Source: Chthonomonas calidirosea
Lineage (GTDB): Bacteria; Armatimonadota; Fimbriimonadia; Fimbriimonadales; Fimbriimonadaceae
Assembly (NCBI GenBank): GCA_945859975.1
Contig: CAMAPH010000002.1
Coordinates: 109,627 to 173,626, forward strand
Length of the DNA stretch: 64,000 bases
Direction: 5' to 3'
The position numbers were made by a program, and so were the translations under genes. The stretch's first letter is position 1. Each line of letters begins with the position of its first letter. The notes beneath the pieces were generated by a model that had not been told where the DNA came from, did no database searches, and saw only the letters and a list, made by a program, of their open reading frames with translations. Below are positions 58,288-64,000 of this stretch, one piece after another.

Positions 58288-58857
58288 TTGAATCTTTCTT
58301 TCCCGAAAACTCGCCTCCGCCGCCGCAAGGACGTCCAAGCGGAACTTCGCTCCACCGTTTCGCAACTTCGAAATCGTGCCGGTACCAAGTTGCACCTGGG
58401 CTGTGGTGAAGACTACATCGAAGGACTGGTTAACATCGACCTCTACGCGCCTCGGGCAGACGTTCGAACGGCAGTTACAGACCTCAGTCAATTTGAAAGT
58501 GGGACGGTTGAATACATTGAAGCCAACCACGTGATCGAACATTTAACGTTCGAAGAGACGGAATCGGCACTCGCGGAATGGGCGCGGGTGCTTGCTCCGG
58601 GTGGTTGGATTGTGGTGAGTTGCCCCGACCTTGACCGGATTGTTCGACGTTGGAAGCAGCGCCCCGCGGAACGGAAGGAGTGGCTTCGCATGATTTATGG
58701 GTCTCAGGAGCATCCTGGGATGTTCCACAAATCCGGATACAACGCCGAGTTGTTGCGGGCGCTCTTTGCCCGGCATGGACTTAGCCCGGAGTTCACCTAC
58801 ACCCCTTTTCCTGCCCGACCAACACCAAGCCTTTGCATTTTTGCGAGAAAGCAATAA
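58288..58857 (+). CDS. Class I SAM-dependent methyltransferase
   Basis: LHLGCG, NID, HVIEH and RVLAPGG...CPD. Confidence 0.85.
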   Translation: MNLSFPKTRLRRRKDVQAELRSTVSQLRNRAGTKLHLGCGEDYIEGLVNIDLYAPRADVRTAVTDLSQFESGTVEYIEANHVIEHLTFEETESALAEWARVLAPGGWIVVSCPDLDRIVRRWKQRPAERKEWLRMIYGSQEHPGMFHKSGYNAELLRALFARHGLSPEFTYTPFPARPTPSLCIFARKQ

Positions 58858-58891
58858 CGCACCCGGCAGGGCGGGTAACTTTCCGCTCGTT

Positions 58892-59878
58892 ATGCCAAAG
58901 ATTGCCGTAGCCGGACTCACCCATGGCCATGTCTGGGGAATCATTGACCGATTCGCCGAAGTCGAGGGGGCCGAACTGGTCGCCGTGGCCGATCGAACTC
59001 CCCTTCTCGAAAACGCCCGAGCGCGGTTCACCACTGCCTACACCGAGTGGACCGAGATGCTTGAGAACGAAGAGATCGACGTGTTGGTCGCAACAAGCGA
59101 CAACGTCGAATCGACCGAGATTGCGATCGCGGCACTGAGCAAGGGCATTCCCGTTTTCGTTGAGAAAGCGATGGCGGCGTCCGCTGACGACGCCGACCGG
59201 ATGCTAGAGGCTGCAACCGGCGCGAAGACGCTGCTCATGATCAACTGGCCATTCGCTTGGGATAACTGGCTGCCAGATATCAAAAAGAGAATCGATGCCG
59301 GTGAGCTGGGCCACGTGTTCCACCTTCGATACCGAAACGGACACTTCGGACCGAAGGAGATCGGCTGCGACGAGTATTTTGTTGGCTGGCTGCACGATGC
59401 AACCAAGAACGGTGGTGGCGCAATCGCCGATTTCGGAAGCTATGGCGCGGCACTGGCTCGCTACTACTTTGGAATGCCAGACACCGTCTACTGCGTACGC
59501 CACAACGCCACAAAGGACTACGACATTAGCGATGACCACGCGATCATCACCCTCCGCTATCCAAAGCTGACGGTGGTCCTTGAAGGCACCTGGGCCACCA
59601 ATGGAATGGACAGCGGTCCAAACCCCGTCATCCACGGAAAGGAAGGCACGTTCGCCATTTCCGACGGAAAGATTGAGCACACCAAGGGCTGGGGGAACCG
59701 AGAAATTTTGGAACCATCGGAGATGCCAATCCGGCACCCGGCAAAGTACTTCCTGAACTGCATCTCCACCGGCACCGAGCCCGAGGGCGTTCTGAACATG
59801 GACATTTCCGCCGATGCTTGCCGAATCCTAGATGCTGCGAAGCGATCTAGCGATTCCGGCTGCGCGGAGAAGCCCTGA
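58892..59878 (+). CDS. Gfo/Idh/MocA oxidoreductase
   Basis: GLTHGH, VFVEKA and GGGAIADFGSYG. Confidence 0.88.
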   Translation: MPKIAVAGLTHGHVWGIIDRFAEVEGAELVAVADRTPLLENARARFTTAYTEWTEMLENEEIDVLVATSDNVESTEIAIAALSKGIPVFVEKAMAASADDADRMLEAATGAKTLLMINWPFAWDNWLPDIKKRIDAGELGHVFHLRYRNGHFGPKEIGCDEYFVGWLHDATKNGGGAIADFGSYGAALARYYFGMPDTVYCVRHNATKDYDISDDHAIITLRYPKLTVVLEGTWATNGMDSGPNPVIHGKEGTFAISDGKIEHTKGWGNREILEPSEMPIRHPAKYFLNCISTGTEPEGVLNMDISADACRILDAAKRSSDSGCAEKP

Positions 59879-61890
59879 TGCCTTGGGGGCCGCTGCCAAC
59901 CGATTACGCCGAACGCGTTTACGCCGGCGTGCTGGGAAAGATCATTGGCGTCTATGCCGGACGCCCGTTTGAGCAGTGGCCCCAAAAGGCAATTGAGGCC
60001 AAGTTTGGCGAAATTGATCGCTACGTAGCCGACGAGGCGGGCGTGCCGCTCATCGTCGCAGACGACGATATTTCGGGCACATTCACGTTCCTTCGCGCGA
60101 TCTTAGACTACAAGCTGACCGAACCGGACCCCGAGGCGGTGGCTAAGGTTTGGCTGGACTACATCATCGAAAACCAGACCATCTTGTGGTGGGGCGGGCT
60201 TGGAGTTTCGGCAGAGCACACTGCGTTCCTGAGACTGAAGAATGGCATCACGGCTCCGGCCTCCGGAAGTAGCGAACACAACGGCAAGATCATGGCCGAG
60301 CAGATCGGCGCGCAAATCTTCATCGATGGGTGGGGTTTGATCTGCCCTAATGCGCCGGCCGAAGCCGCGGCATGGGCCGATGCCGCCGGGCGAGTGAGCC
60401 ACGATGGCGAAGCCATTGAGGGAGCAAAAGCTGTCGCGGCGATGGTCGCGGTTGCGTTTTCGAGCCCGTCGATCGATGATCTCATCGAAGTTGCGCTGAG
60501 CGCGGTAGATCCAAATTGCCTGATCCATCAGGTCATTCGCGACGTTCGAGATTGGTATAAATCTGGGCTGACTTGGCGCGAAGGGCTAGCGAAGATTCAA
60601 ACGCAGCACGGCTACGACGTCTTTCCGGGCGGCTGCCACATTGTTCCGAACCATGCCCTCGTGATTCACGCACTTCTCCACAGTCGCGGAAGTTTTTCGG
60701 AGGGCATGCGGGTTGTCAACACTTGCGGCTACGACACGGACTGTAATTCCGCAAACGTCGGCTGCATCCTCGGCGTGCGAAACGGCCTTGCCGGCTTTGT
60801 GGACGGATACGACTGGCGGACTCCGGTGAATGATCGGCTGTTCCTGCCCACGGCCGACGGCAGTCGGTGCATCTCCGATGCGGTTATCGAAGCACGAAAG
60901 GTCATCGAAGCCGCGCGAATGATCCGGGGCATTGAGACAAACACCTCCCTTCCCCGCTTTGGTTTTGAGTTCCCAGGCTCGACTCAGGGGTTCAGCGCAT
61001 TTGGCGATGCACAAGTGAGCCACATGGATGGACTTCGGATCGTCGCAGAGAACGGCGGGGCAATCACGCCGACCTTCCTTGAACCTTCTAACCTCGGCTC
61101 AGCGGGCTATTCATTGGTCGCGTGTCCAACGCTGTATCCGGACCAGGCCGTCGTCGCAAATGTGGCCACAAATGGACCGTGCGAAATCGGTTTTGCCCTC
61201 CAGTACGCGGGCGAGAATGACGCGATCCAGACGTGGGAAGGTCCGACAACGAGGCTGCAAGAGGGCGAGGCGCTGGCACTCACGATGACCTGTCCAGAAT
61301 TCAACGGAGCTCCAATTCTAGGCATTGGATTAAAGGTCAACGGCGATGTGACGCTCAAGAGTCTTGACTGGTCGGGCGTCCCAACAACCTCATTACAGTC
61401 AACCGAATCCGGAAACTACTGGCAACACGCTTGGGTTAACGCGATGGATACCTGGCACCGCTGGAATCCGTCAGTGCCGTTCCATCTCGCTAAAAACTCT
61501 GGAACGGGATTGCTTTTCCAAGGCACCCAGGAGTGGAAGAACTATACGGTGTCGGCCCGAGGGACGTCCAACTTGGCAGACGACTTCGGCCTCGCCATCT
61601 GCGTTCGCGGGCTTCAGCGATACGTGGCCGTGCTTGTAAAACGGTCAGGTGCGGTCGAGCTCATCGAGGAGAACCACGGACGAAGAGTTCTAGCAACCGG
61701 CAACATTGCCTATGAACTCGGAGATCCGGTCAGCTTCCAGTTGAGGCAGAGCGGCTTGACGGTAGCGGCAAGAGTGAACGGCGTCGAGTTGGAGGCGACT
61801 CTCGAGAACGAAGTCTCAGGTGCGGCAGGATTCGTTATAACGAATGGCACTGCAGTCTTTGGCCCGCTCGAGATTGCGCCGGTCAGGTGA
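59878..61890 (+). CDS. ADP-ribosylglycohydrolase family protein with C-terminal beta domains
   Basis: ADDD, EQIGAQIFID, SHDGE and GYDTDCNSANVG. Confidence 0.9.
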   Translation: MPWGPLPTDYAERVYAGVLGKIIGVYAGRPFEQWPQKAIEAKFGEIDRYVADEAGVPLIVADDDISGTFTFLRAILDYKLTEPDPEAVAKVWLDYIIENQTILWWGGLGVSAEHTAFLRLKNGITAPASGSSEHNGKIMAEQIGAQIFIDGWGLICPNAPAEAAAWADAAGRVSHDGEAIEGAKAVAAMVAVAFSSPSIDDLIEVALSAVDPNCLIHQVIRDVRDWYKSGLTWREGLAKIQTQHGYDVFPGGCHIVPNHALVIHALLHSRGSFSEGMRVVNTCGYDTDCNSANVGCILGVRNGLAGFVDGYDWRTPVNDRLFLPTADGSRCISDAVIEARKVIEAARMIRGIETNTSLPRFGFEFPGSTQGFSAFGDAQVSHMDGLRIVAENGGAITPTFLEPSNLGSAGYSLVACPTLYPDQAVVANVATNGPCEIGFALQYAGENDAIQTWEGPTTRLQEGEALALTMTCPEFNGAPILGIGLKVNGDVTLKSLDWSGVPTTSLQSTESGNYWQHAWVNAMDTWHRWNPSVPFHLAKNSGTGLLFQGTQEWKNYTVSARGTSNLADDFGLAICVRGLQRYVAVLVKRSGAVELIEENHGRRVLATGNIAYELGDPVSFQLRQSGLTVAARVNGVELEATLENEVSGAAGFVITNGTAVFGPLEIAPVR

Positions 61891-62653
61891 ACAGCAAGCG
61901 AACCGCGGCAATGGCCGCCAGCGCTTGAATGAGCACGGTGAACAGTTTCTCGGGAATCTTGGCCGCGAGCGGTTTCCCGAGAAGCGCCCCGGAGATCAAA
62001 GCCGGGGCGACCCAGAGGTTCATCCAGAGAGTATCTGCTGTGATCAGCGGTCGTCCGGGATACAGCGTGTTCACTAAGAGCAATGGTGGGAGCTTAGCGA
62101 TGTTGAAAATGAAGAAGGTCCAAGCACTAGTTCCGAGCAGAACCTTCTTGCTGAATCCTGCCGAAGCCATATAGATGCCCATTACGGGGCCAGCCGCGTT
62201 GCTCGTCATTGTCGTGAATCCCGCCATCGTTCCCGTGAAAGCGGTGCCCAGTTTCGAGGTCGGAACGAGCCGATCGCCGAGTTTTCCTTTGAGCAAGCTC
62301 AGGGCAAGCATCACCAAAACGATGCCGCCGATAATCGGCGATAGAAGGTCCTTGGTGGGTTTGAGTTCCGCTAGGGCGATCAGAGCACAGGTGCCGGCAA
62401 CGATGCCAAAAACAACCCACGGACTGAGCTTCTTGATTGCATTCCAGTCCGCGTCGGCGCGATAGAACGCCACCGCAAAACAATCGGCCAGCACGAGCAA
62501 TGGCAAGGTTGCTCCTACCGAAAGTCTTCCGCCGAAGGCAAATGCCATCATCGGCACGGCGAGAATGCCAAGACCCGGCAGGCCGGTTTTTGAGAACCCA
62601 ATCAGAAATGCCGAAACCGCCGCGACGATCCACTGGATTTCGGACAATTGCAC
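61883..62653 (-). CDS. Sulfite exporter TauE/SafE family protein
   Basis: GFSKTG.PG; AGFTTM..NAAGP; multiple transmembrane segments; GTG start placed by the upstream TACAAT. Confidence 0.88.
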   Translation of the reverse strand: MQLSEIQWIVAAVSAFLIGFSKTGLPGLGILAVPMMAFAFGGRLSVGATLPLLVLADCFAVAFYRADADWNAIKKLSPWVVFGIVAGTCALIALAELKPTKDLLSPIIGGIVLVMLALSLLKGKLGDRLVPTSKLGTAFTGTMAGFTTMTSNAAGPVMGIYMASAGFSKKVLLGTSAWTFFIFNIAKLPPLLLVNTLYPGRPLITADTLWMNLWVAPALISGALLGKPLAAKIPEKLFTVLIQALAAIAAVRLLFT

Positions 62654-62710
62654 CCGCGGATTGTACTTAGCGCCGGGTGCGGATACGTTCCGCACCCGGC
62701 GATCGCCGGC

Positions 62711-64000
62711 TTACTTGAAGCCAGGCAGGAACTCGGCTTCTGCTTCAAACAGCTCATCGACCAGTGCGAAGATCTCGGCTGGGGAGCAGACCGCCGCGGT
62801 GAGCGGGTCTTGGGTGAGTGCGAGTCGAGCAAGGTGCTTCGACTTTTCGATGGCCGCATCGGCAGCGAGGTCGAACATTCGCATGTTCGAATCGCAAATT
62901 GCTGCCATTACCTTTGGCAATCGGCCAAATCGAGTCGGCTGAATGCCGTTGGCGTTGACCAAACAGGCGACTTCGACGCAGCCATCTTGCGGCAAGTTGG
63001 AGATGCAACCGTCGTTCGCCACGTTCCCATGGATGAGGAACGGCTGGTTCTTCTCGATGGATTCGATGATCCAAGCGCCGTACTCCCACGATCGTTCGGG
63101 TTTGATTTCTTCTTCCCCGGTGAACAGCTTGGTTCGGTAGTCGTCCTGATTTTTACGCCAGGTTGGCCAGTTGTTCGCGTAAAAGCTCTCTTCGCCGCGG
63201 TAACCGGTGTCGGTGTACTTATCGAGAAGGTCCTTTCGCTTTCGGTAGTACGGCAAGTATTCGCTTAGGTGACCGCTGGATTCGGTAATGAATGCGCCGA
63301 AGTGGAGCATCATGTCCGATCGCACGGGCTCTTCGGTGGCGAATTTGCTGGTCCGATCCGTTGCCTGCTCAAACAGGGTTGGGTACAGGGAATTGCCGTC
63401 GGGACCGTTAAACTCCGTGAACCAGGCAAGGTGGTTGATGCCGGCGCATTTCCACTGAACCTGCTCATAGGGCACGTCTGTATAGCCTGCGAGCATGTGG
63501 CTGGTGCCCTGAACCGAGTGGCAAAGGCCGACCATGTGCATCTTGCTGACTCGCATAGCGGCGAGCATCATGATGTTCATCGGGTTGGTGTAGTTCAGAA
63601 CAACCGCGTTAGGGCAAAGTTCTTCGGCATCGCGAAGAATCTGGAGCCAGACCGGCACGGTTCGCATGGCTTTCATCAGTCCGCCGGGTCCAATCGTGTC
63701 GCCGATGTTCTGCGAGATTCCGTACTTCAGGGGGATATCGTTATCAAATCGAACGCAGGCGAGGCCGCTGACTTCGATCGAATTGATGATGTAATCCGTG
63801 CCTGGCAGGAGCTCTCGTCGGTCGGTCGAAGCACGAATGACCCACTTGTCACCCTCGCCCACGGCCTCGAGGACCTTGACCATCAGCTTTCGGCTGAGCT
63901 CTAGTCGCTCGGCATCAATGTCGATCAGTCGGAGTTCGCCACCCACCGAGTCTGGGATAAGTACGACATCTTTGAGAACGCTGTTCGTGAAGCCGCTTCC
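62711..64000 (-). CDS. Family 4 glycoside hydrolase (alpha-galactosidase/MelA-like); 5' end lies outside the window
   Basis: DTIGPGG, NYTNPM, GLCHS, GINH, TESSGHLSEY and VEV.C. Confidence 0.93.
   Translation of the reverse strand, partial: GSGFTNSVLKDVVLIPDSVGGELRLIDIDAERLELSRKLMVKVLEAVGEGDKWVIRASTDRRELLPGTDYIINSIEVSGLACVRFDNDIPLKYGISQNIGDTIGPGGLMKAMRTVPVWLQILRDAEELCPNAVVLNYTNPMNIMMLAAMRVSKMHMVGLCHSVQGTSHMLAGYTDVPYEQVQWKCAGINHLAWFTEFNGPDGNSLYPTLFEQATDRTSKFATEEPVRSDMMLHFGAFITESSGHLSEYLPYYRKRKDLLDKYTDTGYRGEESFYANNWPTWRKNQDDYRTKLFTGEEEIKPERSWEYGAWIIESIEKNQPFLIHGNVANDGCISNLPQDGCVEVACLVNANGIQPTRFGRLPKVMAAICDSNMRMFDLAADAAIEKSKHLARLALTQDPLTAAVCSPAEIFALVDELFEAEAEFLPGFK

Overview
The window is a gene-dense, moderately GC-rich bacterial chromosome segment. 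The gene content, especially the multiple prepilin/H-X9-DG proteins, is most consistent with Armatimonadota (inference). It is mostly housekeeping: rpsT, clpC, ndh, trxB, pheS/pheT, an mcsB-like gene, nrdR-nrdJ, a half-length metH, peptidases and sugar enzymes, with small accessory insertions. I found no rRNA, tRNA, CRISPR array, integrase or transposase. The most striking element is at 522-1187 (minus strand). A small coiled-coil DIP1984-like gene, translationally coupled to a secreted subtilase, is followed by a ~195-nt structured 3' RNA. That RNA has a 26-bp closing helix whose G-U pairs work only on the coding strand, several small hairpins, and a tract of 7-nt-periodic UCAA repeats. It is a candidate protein + repeat-RNA system. 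Other observations are a 42-bp duplication scar showing a Clp-N-only gene integrated into the 3' end of ndh, an 11-bp-periodic Pho-box-like array ahead of a pilin-like gene, a TetR-operator-controlled QueG-like/SCP2 cassette, triplicated diverging prepilin genes, and repeated leaderless-promoter geometry.
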